The notes under the pieces are model-generated. The model had not been told where the DNA came from, ran no database searches, and worked only from the letters and a program-made list of their open reading frames with translations. Positions 33,787 through 50,425 of a DNA stretch of 64,000 nucleotides are shown one piece after another; position 1 is the stretch's first letter, and each line of letters opens with the position of its first letter. The translations under genes were made by a program, and so were the position numbers. Source of the stretch: the human T2T-CHM13v2.0 reference genome, Homo sapiens; assembly GCF_009914755.1 (NCBI RefSeq), contig NC_060930.1. One strand, written 5' to 3'.

Positions 33787-35009
33787 ATTTTTTTCTACAG
33801 TGCCCCTCTATTATTGTCTTTGTAATTTATTGTCTTCCTCCTTTGTAAAGGAGGAAGAAGAGGCAGTAACCTTATATTTAATTATGTCAACAACTCAGTG
33901 TTAATTCTTCTGTTTGTAGCACCGTGGCTAATAACTTCAAATCGCATGGATCCTTCCAGAGGACTCTGGCTTCACTAGGCCTTTAAAACAGCACACAGTG
34001 CCTTGGCTTCAGCATTTGGTCGCTGACTAAGCACCTTTCAAGCTGCCTTCAATTGAAAGACGGACAGCGGACTCTGAGGAAATCCTTGCTCAGCCAAATG
34101 TATCCCATATGAGAGGGCAAACTTAATGAGAATCAGTCCCTGGCATGCAGCGCCTCTGGAATGTGCGTGATTTACAGCCAGCATGGGCTACAGAGTTTTC
34201 TGTCCTAGTCTCTCCTTTTCTGTCCTAGTCTCTCCTTTTTTTTTTTTTTCAAAAAAAAAAAAATGCATCAACAAAGTATCAATTTTAGCTAATAAAGGCA
34301 AAAAGAAAAAAGAGCACACTAACTTTAGCACATGTATGCAAGGTCCCGGGAGGAGATAAGAAAATGAACACATTCGATTCACAACTGCAAGGAGCTTAGA
34401 GAATACATGGACACGCACACACATATCACACAGGGCAGAGCAAACTGATTGACAGGCAGAAGTACAAAGTGCTGTGGGAGCATAAATATTGTGTTTTCCA
34501 TTTTCCTCCAAGTGCCTTTATTTGTAGCAATGGAATGGTCTCATGGTGCAAAATCATATTTGTGATGCTGCCTGGCTTCCTATCAATAGGGTGGAGTTGT
34601 ACCTGTTCACTTTCTACGAGTGAGGCTCCTGGTGAGTATGGTGTTTTCCCCAAACGCACAAGTAATAGATTAATATGGGATTGAAACATTTAAACGATAT
34701 AAAGAAAGCTAATGTCCTCCTTGACTCATCTCCTCCACCTAATCACTGGCCAGTTCTAATCCCTGGAAGGTGGTAATCACCATTGTCATTTGATATACAT
34801 ACTTCCACGTCTTTTAATTTACATTTACCCACACATATATACTCACACTCATAGATAAACACACATATATACAGACAAGAAGAAAGAAATACAAAGTTTA
34901 AAAAATGTGATAATGGTATATACATGTTCATCTTCAACTTGCTTTTCTAGCATAATATACCATGGGATATGTCAATATATACAAATCTCATTTTTTTTTT
35001 CTTTTTTGA

Positions 35010-35318
<309 letters not shown>

Positions 35319-35747
35319 TAGTGTTCTATGGTATGGATATGTCATAATTAATAATGCTCTACAAGTTTATAATTTTGTTATCTCCTGATGTTTCCATTTT
35401 TTCACCATTTCCAACATTGCAATGGATATTACTGTACCTATCTCAGTTATCACATAAGCAAGTAATTATCTGGGGTAGATGTGGAGACATGGATTTGCTA
35501 AATTAAAAGGTAAGAGATTCCCAGCTGGGCTCAGTGGTTCATGCCTATAATCCCAGCACTTTGGGAGGCTGAGGTGGGTGGATCACTTGAGGCCAGGAGT
35601 TCAAGTTGCAGTGAGCCAACATCACGTCACTGCACTCTAGCCTGGGTGACAGAGTGAGACTCTGTCTCAAAAACAAACAAAGGCAAGAGATTTTGATTTT
35701 TTTTTTTTTTTTTTTTTTTGAGATGGAGCCTCGCTCTTGTCACCTAG

Positions 35748-35909
<162 letters not shown>

Positions 35910-36480
35910 TGACCGGGCTGGTCTTGAACTCCTGACCTCAGGTGATCTGCCCTCCTCGACCTCCAAAAGTGCTGGGATTACAGGCGTGAGCCACTGTGCC
36001 CTGCCTTCAGTCTTCTTGAGTTGGCTATTACTAGGAAGTATGAGAAAAATGTCCCTCTCTGACAGAATTTGCCCATTTTTCTTTCTATTTGTTAGTTATT
36101 TCTTTAAATATTTCCATGTTATGTTAAGTGCATGAAGATTTGTGAATGTTTTATCTTCTTGGTAGATATTTTTCTTCAACATGAAATATTCCTCTTTGGT
36201 CCTTTTTCCTTTTTTTTTTTTTTTGTATTTTGTCGATATTTATATTGCTAAAACTACTTTCCTTGTATTAGACTTTATCTGGAACATTATTATTTTCCAA
36301 ATTGCCAGATCCTTTTACAAACATAGTTTACAATGTCCCCAGCTTTTGCTGTGATCATTTTGGACTATGGTTTCCACATCAAACTTATCATCCTACCTGC
36401 CTTCTCTTTTTCAGAGATACTTAATTATCCCTTATCTACACAATGGTATACTTTGTCTTCTAGCACAATTATAAGCTAAA

Positions 36481-36521
36481 GTGTGTGTGTGTCTGTGTGT
36501 GTGTGTGTATGTGTGTGTGTG
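36481..36521. repeat. Interrupted (GT)n microsatellite
   Basis: GTGTGTGTGTGTCTGTGTGTGTGTGTGTATGTGTGTGTGTG. Confidence 0.92.
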
Positions 36522-37157
36522 TCATTTAAGGCAGAAAGTAGAGATGACATTACATGGTCAGGCTGCCATCTTGATACGATCCTATGTTTTCCTTAACACC
36601 AGATTTCCTTCTCCACCTCCACTTCAAAACTTTCCTTTCCTTCCAGCTTGGTTGATCTAGATACTAAAGGTGCCGTGGGAGATACAATACAGAGTAGAGT
36701 TTGTGAATACGTTTAGTCAGCATACACCTCTCGAAAAACTACTTTTGGTCTCCATCTCTTTGTGGCCTATAAGTTAGTTTCAGGCTGAATACTACAACTT
36801 GTGTTCCAGTAGCATGCATTATTTAGTAACAGCTTACACAGCTCTAAGTTATCATCTTTCCCACCTCATTCCCAGGAAGATTTGTTTAATTTATAAGCAG
36901 TCCATTTCAGACAGCACTCCTCGGGATATCACAATATTGCTGTTCTTCTGGGTGATTCATTGGCATTATGAATACCCTTGTTTCTTCCATGGGTAAAACA
37001 TGTTTCAAGGCCACTAACTGGGCTATTGGCAAGGCCTGGTACAAACTAAGTGCAATGTAACTCTTAGCAATTTGTGACCATTAAACATAGCATTTATAAT
37101 GTGCTAGTTTTAAAGTTGAAAACAACAACAACAACAACAAAGCAACCCACAGCCCGT

Positions 37158-37557
<400 letters not shown>

Positions 37558-38229
37558 AACCCACAATTAGTTCATAAAAGACTTGCACTTAATTTGCCTT
37601 CTTATTTTATTTAAAACATTCTTACCTCGTTTTCTATATTTTATCTTTACACATAGAATACAGAGTTTAATTTTATTGTACTTTTCCTTTTACCTCCCTT
37701 TTTTTCTTGTTTATTTTCACTTATAGGTCATTAAATGCCAAGCATAGGATCTCAGACGAAAAAGGGATTCAGGGTTAACTAGCTGAGGCCTATCATATGA
37801 TGTTTGAGAGGTTTTGTGGCTTGCCTGAATTCCTCCATTGACCTGTGGCAGAGCTGGCACAAGAATATGGGTCACCTGACTCCAGCACATGCACATCAAT
37901 TTACGTTTACAAAAGAGTTTTTAAAATACAATCTCATCTACTAACTACTACAAAACTACTGGAAAGAAACCTGACGGTGAGTACATATTACCTCAATTTT
38001 TATAGGAGAGAACACTGAGCAGGACAAATGAATTAATGATTTGCCTAAAATAATCTGCATCGGGAGATGTCAGGAGAACAACCTGGGGTCTTTACTACCG
38101 GCTTCTGCATCTCACAGCCTCTCCACCTTCTCACCTTGCAACTTCACTTTCTAAAAGGACAGAGTTGCCTTTTCAATGATTTATTTCATCATTTCATAAT
38201 TTCATCCCTATAAAAACACAAAATATAGA

Positions 38230-38500
38230 TTTTTTTTTTTTTTGAGACAGGGTCTGGCTCTGTTACCCAGGCTGGAGTGCTGTGGTGCCATCTTGGTTCA
38301 CTGCACCCTCCTCATTCCTGGGCTCAAGCAATGCTCCTACCTCAGCCTCCCAAGTGGCTAGGAACACAGGCATCCACCACCATGCTCAGCTAATTTTATT
38401 TTATTTATTTGTAGAGACGAGTTGGTCTCAAACTCCTGGGCTCAAGCCATCCACCCCCCTTGGCTTCCCTGGGGTTACAGGCATGAGCCACTGTGCCCTG
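38230..38500 (-). mobile_element. AluJ with left-arm deletions (member of an inverted pair)
   Basis: AluJ right arm; GTAGAGACGAG|TTGGTCTCAAAC junction lacks ~20 nt of consensus. Confidence 0.8.
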
Positions 38501-38717
38501 CTGATGCATATTTTAACGATTAAAATAATAATAATAAAAAAAACCCACCTGGCACGGTGGCTCACACCTGTAATGCCAGCACTTTGGGAGGCCGAGGCAG
38601 GCGAATCACCTGAGGTCAGGAGTTTGAGAATAGCCTTGCCAACATGGTGAAACTCTGTCTCTACTAAAAACACAAAAATTCGCCAGGCGTGGTGGCGGGT
38701 GCCTGTAATCCCAGCTA

Positions 38718-39139
<422 letters not shown>

Positions 39140-39655
39140 TCATTTTGATTTGTGATAACCTTAGGAAAAAGCCAGCAAAGTCTGGGAACCAGGTAATCGA
39201 TTGCAAATTGGAGAATGATTTACCTGCTATCTAAGATAAAGGAAAAGGGTAAATCACAATGTTGCTTTAAATTCCTTTCAGCTTTGTTTATTGTTTCCTT
39301 TTGTGTGGAATTTCACTGTTGCATTGATTTAAACCCAGCTCCTATCAAATGGGACATAGAGTAGGCCCTCAAGTAAACATTTAGCACTAGGCATGTGTGC
39401 TCTGTATAGGATATGTAGAACCCTCTCTCTGCTTCTAAGTCATAAATAGTTCTTTAGAGTCTAAGAAATTGGCAAACTCAGGCTGGGCGCAGTGGCTCAG
39501 GCCTGTAATACCAGCATTTTGGGAGGCTGAGGCAGGCAGATCACTTGAGGTCCGGAGTTCAAGACCAGCCTGGCCAACATGGTGAAACCCCATCTCTACT
39601 AAAAAAAAAAAAAAAATTACCCGGGTGTGGTGTCAGATGCCTGTAATCCCGGCTA

Positions 39656-39888
<233 letters not shown>

Positions 39889-40422
39889 GCATCAGGAGCG
39901 ATAAATAGATGCTCTTGCATTTAGCGTCTTTATTGTTTTTCATGACAAACCTAGAGTTGAACCAACATCTGGCTAAAAAGCAAATGCACCATGACAAATG
40001 TTCATGGATCAGCAAAGTGCTAACCCAGTTATGGAAGTCTAATATAGTGTTACAGAGTCACAGGCTTAGCTAATATGTAAATCAGCAAACATGAGCAATA
40101 ACGATTTATATTTGCATGGCATTCTATAGATTATGAAACATTTCATATCAATCTCATTTGATTTTTCCAATAACCGTAGAAAGTAGACAAGTAGGCTGGG
40201 CATTGTGCCTCATACCTATAATCCCAGCATTTTGGGAGGATCACTTGAAGCCAGGAGTTCAAGACCAGCCTGGTCAGTATGACAACACCCTGTTTCTACA
40301 AAAAAAATTTTTTTTTTTTTAATTAGCCAGGTTTGTTGGCGTATGCCTGTGGTCTTATTTACTTGGGAGGGTTGAGGTGGGAGGATCACTTGAACCTAGG
40401 AGTTTGAGGTAACAGTGAGTTA

Positions 40423-40791
<369 letters not shown>

Positions 40792-41534
40792 TCAAAAAAA
40801 AAAAAAAAGAAAGAAAGAAAGTAGACAAATTATGAAACAGATTCAGCGACATTGCGTGATAACTCAGAGTGAAAAGGAACTCAGATTTAATGTCTTCAGT
40901 CTTTTCTTTTAGCAGCTAAATGATTATTTTATCTCTGGAAAATGGTTACCTTGCTAAAAATAAAAAAGGTGAGCGGTTATTAACGTTTATCATTCTATGA
41001 TGCACTGACTTGGAAGATCACTTACAATTAACTGTACTTTGTAATAACATGTTCTGTCTTCTAAATATTGTATTTTTATGTCAGTATGATGGTAAAAATA
41101 ATATAAGCATTTTATATAATGGTTTTAAAAATCAAAATAAATATGGGCCTAATTAAGTTATAAGTTAAAAATATAATCTTAAATTTTTGAAATCTTAGAA
41201 ACTGCAAGATGAATCAGTTATCTGGTTTTCTTGGATTAACAAAATTTTTAAAAAACAACTCTTGGAGTAGCAGGGAAAATAAGTCTTAGTAAAAATGTGA
41301 GTATATATGAGCTTGAGAAAAATAATGAAAAGTATACATAGTGCTCTGTAAATGGATCAAATCGTGTTGAACTAAATATTTCAATGGAAGCTACGAACAT
41401 GTAGATGACTATTACAATCGTTGTATCATCTAAGACTTGATCTCCTGTGTGATCAAACCACTTCTGAGGAATTGCCAGTTTACCAACACATTGCTGTATC
41501 AGTCTTGGACCCACGTAAAACATTAATACAACAT

Positions 41535-41900
41535 ACTGCATGATTCAGCTAGATGACATTCTGGAAAAGGCAAATCTATGGAGACAGTAAAAAGATCAGT
41601 GGTTGCTAGGGGTCAGGGTAAGGAGGGGATGAATAGTGGAGGGCAGAGGATTTTTAGGGCAGTGAAACTTAACTGTATGATACTGTAATGGTGGATGCAT
41701 GTTATTATACATTAGTCCAAACCCATAGAATGTATAACACCAAGAGTGAACTCTAACATAAAACTCTGCTAGGGAATGTTGATGGCAAAGTAGGTTATAC
41801 GTGCATGGGGACAAGCGTATATGGGTAATCTCTGTACCTTCTGCTCAATGTTGCTGTGAACTTAAAGCTGCTCTAAAATATAAAGCCTACTTTAAAAAAA
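41535..41900 (+). mobile_element. L1MC-type 3'UTR fragment
   Basis: ATTCTGGAAAAGGCAAA, AAAAGATCAGTGGTTGCTAGGGG, GGATTTTTAGGGCAGTGAAAC, CCAAACCCATAGAATGTA, CTGTGAACTTAAAGCTGCTCTAAAA. Confidence 0.8.
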
Positions 41901-42063
41901 TAACATAATGAGCTAACAAAGACCACAATTCTAGGTCTTCCTCAGAAGCTTTATAAATATGCATTAAAAAATTATTTTTTGGGTATACTCTGGCAGAAAT
42001 ACAAGAAAAACAAAGGCCCAGAATTTTTCCAGGAGAATAGATCCAGAGCGAACATGAACTTAC

Positions 42064-42279
42064 TTCACACCCAGATTGAGTTTCCCATGAACATGACTCG
42101 TTCTCCTGAGGGAGAACCCCTCTTTGGAAAGCATGTTCACCCAGGCATGTTTGACACAAGGAAGACTCGAAGTCTGGCTCCCCTGGAGGGATGTGCACCA
42201 TGGAGGAGCCGGTGTACTTCAGGCTGGGACTCTGATGCTTGTCCACACTGACCATTGGGCTCTTGATCCACCTTCGTAC
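42064..42279 (-). CDS. SGK1: Internal coding exon (second coding exon) of the long N-terminal SGK1 isoform (SGK1.1/isoform 2), 72 codons, phase 0/0
   Basis: Translation VRRWIKSPMVSVDKHQSPSLKYTGSSMVHIPPGEPDFESSLCQTCLGEHAFQRGVLPQENESCSWETQSGCE matches the remembered SGK1 isoform 2 N-terminus (MVNKDMNGFPVKKCSAFQFFKKR-VRRWIK...SGCE-VREPCNH...). Minus-strand acceptor ttgttttttctttccttttgcacattgcag|GTA (AG at 42281-42280). Donor GAA|gtaagt (GT at 42063-42062). Length 216 nt. Confidence 0.96.
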
Positions 42280-42721
42280 CTGCAATGTGCAAAAGGAAAG
42301 AAAAAACAAATGTGTTTGACTCCCTTTGATGTTTATTGGGGATTTGGTGGGAAATCTGGTGGGATGGGAGCTCATGAAAGGAGAACTCGGTCTCACAACC
42401 TGTCTATCTTTCAAACTCAACACAATTCGAATTGGTCAATGCTGTTCAGTCTCTTTCCTAGAGTATGCATTACATGGCTGGTCATTTCATCTTGCTGAGT
42501 CTGTCTCCGCATTTTTTTTTCACATTATTTTTTTCTTTTCTTTTTCCTCCTGCTTCCAGTGGGGTTAGAATTTTTTTCTTTTTAGAGATAGGGGGGTTTC
42601 ACTCTGTTGCCCAGGCTGGTCTTGGTGTTAAAAGATCCTCCTGGACCAGCCTGGCCAACATGATGAAACCCCATCTCTACTAAAAATACCAAAATTAGCC
42701 AGGCCTGGTGGTACACGCCTA

Positions 42722-43006
<285 letters not shown>

Positions 43007-44194
43007 CTACGAAAAAAATAACTTTTTTTTTTTTTTAAAGAAAAAGATCCTTTTGCCTCTTAAAGTGTTGGGATCACAGGTATAAGTCACTGTGCCCAGC
43101 CTGTCTCCTCATTTGTAAGATTCAGGTAATAATATTTCCTCCCAAGCTGTGAAAATGCTACCATGTTTTACAATGTTCAAGTACTTTGCCTGGCACATGT
43201 TTGGTGCCCAATAGATAGTGACTATTTTACTTTGACCCTTATTATTATGATTATGATGACAGAAATTTAGTTCACACATTTCTAAGGTGAATTACTAGTT
43301 ATTCTTACAAGGGAAAATACTAATCTCATAGTTTACAATCTAATCCATTGCTAAGCAAATACATATTCACTATTATTATTGTTATTGAGACAGGATCTTC
43401 CTCTGTCACCCAGGATGGAATGCAGTGGCCTAATCATGGCTCACTGCAGTCTTGAACTGCTGGGCTCAAGCAATCCTCTCACCTCAGCCTCTGGAGTAGC
43501 TGAGACCACAGGCTCGCACCATCACACTACTAATTTTTTTTTTTTTTTGTAGAGATGAGGTCTCACTAAGTTGCGCAGGCTGGTATCAAACTCCTGGGCT
43601 CAAGTGATCCTCCCGCCTCCCAAAGTGTTGGGATTACAGGCATGAGCCACTGAATCCGGCCCATATATACTACTGCACAACTTTGATTATAAAAGAAATT
43701 GCTTCTGGCTAAGAAATTAGCTCAAGTTTGTTTTTAAAGTTCTAAAACTCACCACTTGTCTTGCTTGCTTGTAAAATCCCTATAAGATACAGAAAGAAGT
43801 ATAAAGCTATTCTAATATTAACAGGCATGGTATTTATACAGCATTTCAAAAATCAAGGCACTTTTTAAAGTGTTTGATGTGTATAGTTTTTAATCCTCAG
43901 AACAGGCAGGGTGAGGTGGCTCACACCTGTAATCCCAGCACTTTAAACTTTGGGAGGCTAAGGCAGGCAGGTCACTTGAGGCCAGGATTTTGGGACCAGC
44001 CTAGCCAACATAGCAAAACCCCATCTCTACAAAAGAAAATAAATAAGTAAATGAAGAATAAAAAATTAATTAATTAGTCCTCAGAAAAGTTTTATAAGAA
44101 AGGTACTATTTTCAATCCCATTATACAGATGGAAAAACAAACGCATAGAGATGTGAAGCAAATTTCCCCAGGGCACAGTGTTGTTATGGAGTAA

Positions 44195-44550
<356 letters not shown>

Positions 44551-44942
44551 ATGAGCATGCAATTTTCTAAGAAGCACTGAAGTGTTGTTAAGACTTATGG
44601 TCACTGGTGCTTGAAATTTATTTTGATTTACTATTTCACTTTCATGCTCTTCAAAACTCCTGAGGATTCTTTTATATTCAACCAATTAGTGAAATTAGCC
44701 TATAGCAAAAGGACAAAGAAGTAAAATCACAGTACTGAATTTTAGTTAGTGATGCTACAATTATTATTATTATTATTTTTGTTGTTGTTGTTGTTAAAGG
44801 GTCTTGTTTTGTTCCCCAGATTGGAGTGCATTGGCACGATGACAGCTCACTGCAGCCTTAACCTCCTAGGCTCAAGCGATCCTCCCACCTCAGCCCTCCC
44901 AAGTAGCTGGGACTACAGGCGTGCACCACCATGACTGGCTAA

Positions 44943-45125
<183 letters not shown>

Positions 45126-45405
45126 TAGCAATAATGTTTAAGCAATTTATTATATTACTTGATAGAATATTTTGCTATCACTAAAATTAAGTATTATGAA
45201 GACTGTGAAAATATGAAAAATATTTAGAACATAATTATATGAGAAAAGCCAAATACAAAACTGTTTAATTGCTATAATCACAAATGTAAAAACATATGTA
45301 CTAACTATAGGCCGGGTGCAGTGGCTCACGCCTGTAATCCCAGCACTTTGGGAGGTCGAGGCAGGCAGATCACCTGAGCCCAGGAGTTCAAGACCAGCCT
45401 GGTCA

Positions 45406-45591
<186 letters not shown>

Positions 45592-45621
45592 TCAAAAAAC
45601 AAACAAACAAACAAACAAAAA

Positions 45622-45780
45622 AAATATATATATACACATATATATTTTATATATACATATATATTTTATATACACATATATATTTTATATATATACATAT
45701 ATATTTATACATATACATATATACATATACATATATATTTTATATATATACATATATATATATACATATATATATACACA
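45622..45780. repeat. Imperfect (TA)n/(TATACA)n microsatellite
   Basis: ~160 bp of ATATATACATATATATTTT-type units after an Alu tail. Confidence 0.92.
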
Positions 45781-46149
45781 GAAACACTATAGACATAAAG
45801 TAGGAGAGTTAAGAGGCAAAATAGAAACTGCTGTGTTTATTGTTAGTATCATGGGTGTTTTATCTGTTTTTACAACTCTTCGTACTTTAACTTTTAAAAG
45901 AATAATATTTTATCAGAATCATAAATGTATATATATATATACATTTCTTTAAAAAATAGAGTCTCACCATGTTGGTCAAGCCAAGCTGGTTAGAACTCCT
46001 GGGCTCAAGTGTTCCCCTCCCAGCTCAGCCTCCCAAAATGCTGGGATTACAGGCGTGAGCTACCACATCCAGCCACAAGTGTCTTTTAATTGCTTTATTT
46101 ATTTATTTCTTTATTCATTTATTTATATTTATTAAGATGGAGTCTCTGA

Positions 46150-46239
<90 letters not shown>

Positions 46240-47524
46240 TGAGTGGCTGGAATTACAGGCACCGTGCCCCCACGCCCAGCTAATTTTTGTATTTTTAGTA
46301 GAGACGGGGTTTTGCTATGTTGGCCAGGCCGGTCTTGAACTCCTGATCTCGGGTGATCCACCCACCTCAGCCTCCCAAAGGGCTGGTAATACAGGCGTGA
46401 GCAACTGCACCTGGCCTATATGTACTCTTTTCAATAGCCATTTAAAATATCTTTGTGAGGCCGGTTGTGGTGGCTCACACCTGTAATCCCAGCACTTTGG
46501 GTTTGGGAGGCTGAGGCGTGTGGATCACCTGATCTCAGGAGTTCAAGACCAGCCTGACCAACATGGTGAAACCCTGACTCTCCTAAAAATACAAAAATTA
46601 GCTGGGCGTGGTGGTGCACACCCGTAACCCCAGCTGCTCCAGAGGCTGAAGCAGAAGAACGGCTTGAACCTCGGAGGCAGAGGTTGCAGTGAGCCTGAGA
46701 TCATGGCACTGCATTCCAGCCTGGGTGAAAGAAGGAGACTCTGTCTCAAAAAAAATAAAATATCTTTTTGAGTTTACTATCCTAAAGTTAAAATTTTGGG
46801 TTTCCTTAAATATTTCTGTCACTATAGGGCCCCTTAAGCATGTTAGTAGGTATATTAAGAATGTTTCGCTGATTCATTAATGGAAGTCTAAATGAAACTT
46901 TAAAAGTTTGAGACTCCAATAGAATGTATCTTCTTAATGTTAGTACTAAATGTGTTTTTGATCAGTCTAAAAAGTGTTCAATTTCATTAGAGATGGATAA
47001 TGTTTTTTATTATTCTTATTCAGATAGTTTTGGGCTTGAAGTCTGGTAACTGTTCTTGCTTTGTCTCCAACGTTGTAGTTTAAAATCAATCTTTTTACTC
47101 TGGCTTACTTTCAATGTCTCTTTTGCCAAGTAGATTTAACTTTAGGGTTACTGTGAACAGGATTTAAACAGATGATAAATCTATTCAAATATATTTGTAA
47201 GTTGTATGCCTGGACTAAGAATCTTTGTATCTTGAAATGTATATCTCCCCTGACTCCCTGAACACCCGCACTCTAGAGCTTGAGTTATGGCCAACAAAAT
47301 AAAATTTTTTTTAAATATTCTTTTTTCATGTTATTTTTATTTCTTTTTGTTTTTTATTTTTATATTTTCTTTTTCTTTTTTTTAATATGTTACAGTCTGA
47401 ATATGTTCATAGTGACTTTTCTGTTTGTTTGGTTGGTTTTTTTTACAGAGATACAGTCTCACTCTATTCCCTTTGTTGGAGGGCTGTGGCACGATCATAG
47501 CTCACTTCAACCAAGAGCTCCTAG

Positions 47525-47728
<204 letters not shown>

Positions 47729-48575
47729 TAAAATTATTAAAGGGACATACTATTTATTTAATAAAATAAGTAAACTATAAGTAAGAAGGAAAATAAAGCA
47801 TATGAATGATCAGGATCATTGCGGGTGGAGGGCTCAATTTTAAACAGTATGAGCCAGGATACTATCGGATACTCCCTCTCTGTCCACACAGAATGTAGCA
47901 AGGGATATGGAGAAATACTCCCTTTCTCCAGAAGCATCAGAGAAAAAGTGTTACTTACAAAAATGAATCCAGCAACACATTTCTAACCGGACTGTTGCTG
48001 AATTTTACTGCATGCTTTGTCTTAAAAAGGTTTTGTCTCCATTGGCTTAGTCCTTATACTGGCTTCAACGTGTCCCTTCTTTATGACTCCTTGACACTTT
48101 TCACCAGCTTTGAAGCCTCACAAGTGATTTTTACAGGCCCAATTAAGGACAGAGTTTACGATGTTTGCTTGCTCTTGAGAGAGTGGCTGGACCGACCCAG
48201 TGAATGCACAGGAGTTAGGCAAGGTGCCCTTCAAAACTGCTGAGTAGAGAAATCCTCCCACGGCCCCTCGGGGAATTCAAGCTACAACTGGCCCATTGTG
48301 TTTCCTCAGGCTGCGGATTGCTTTACTGGAGGGAGTAGCTGACTGTGAGTGGCTTTGGGAGCCCTTCATAACAATGGCTGGAGGAGAGCTGCAGCAGCTG
48401 TGTGTGCGAGAAACACGAATGCCCGGATGCCAGCGGCAGCCTGGGCTCCTGGGCCTCCTGGGCCACCTGGGCCCTAGTTTTATTCAGAGCTACACAACTG
48501 TTTGTGAAGCGCATTGTAAACAAACATAGACGGGGTGAGACATCCTCTTTATCCTGAATAAATCAAGAATTCCCA

Positions 48576-48925
<350 letters not shown>

Positions 48926-49588
48926 TTAGAAGCAACTACCTCTACAGATACCGGGGTGAACCAGTAAGGCCCTTCATTTAACTAGACAGAAACTGAGTGA
49001 ACAGTGGGTAAACAAAATATTCAACCAAATTCTTTGCTAAATCCAGTCCACCTTGGTTTTATTAATGTCTTTACTTGGAAAAAAAAAAAAAAAAAGCCAT
49101 CCAAAAGCAATCCCTCAGTCTAGAAAATTGCCAGATGTGATTAAAGAGATTGGCTGGCTTCTAGGGATTTTCCACTTGTGGTTTTTTCCTATTATCTAAG
49201 AGCAAACAGATATTACTATTAATTTAAAATAGTTTAGCTGATAATGATATCAACCGATACAGGAAAATTATAGAGAGTTTAGGTACTTAGGTGTGAACTC
49301 AGGTGGCAACACCTACTCTCATTGGCCCCCGTCCTTTTAGGGGGAAGAGCTGACTCTCTTAAAAAGCCAAGAGAGCTTGAAGTTGCCTTCTGTAATTTCC
49401 AAACAGGCATTTTTTTTTTTTAATTATAGAGAACTGACTTTGCTTACTTGACGCCTCAATAACTTTCAATTTCGAGAGAGTCAGCCCAGTTTTCTAGTGA
49501 AATTACTTGGATAGGTCAATAGATTATAAAAAGGGAGGCCAGGTGAGGTGGAGGCCGAGGCAGGTGGATCATTTGAGGCCAGGTGTTA

Positions 49589-49858
<270 letters not shown>

Positions 49859-49984
49859 CTAGCAGGTTAGTTACGGCATGAGTGTAATTTAGGAGAAGGC
49901 TCCTGGAAGCAAATTCATCTCACACTGATACTGGAGCCTGAAGCTGCTTCATAGCATGTCTCCTAAAATATAACAGTGCTGTAA

Positions 49985-50425
<441 letters not shown>

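Noticed and set aside
41887-42423. The 178-aa ORF as a stand-alone gene
   Set aside because: Only 42064-42279 matches SGK1 and is bounded by canonical splice sites; the flanks are intronic read-through.
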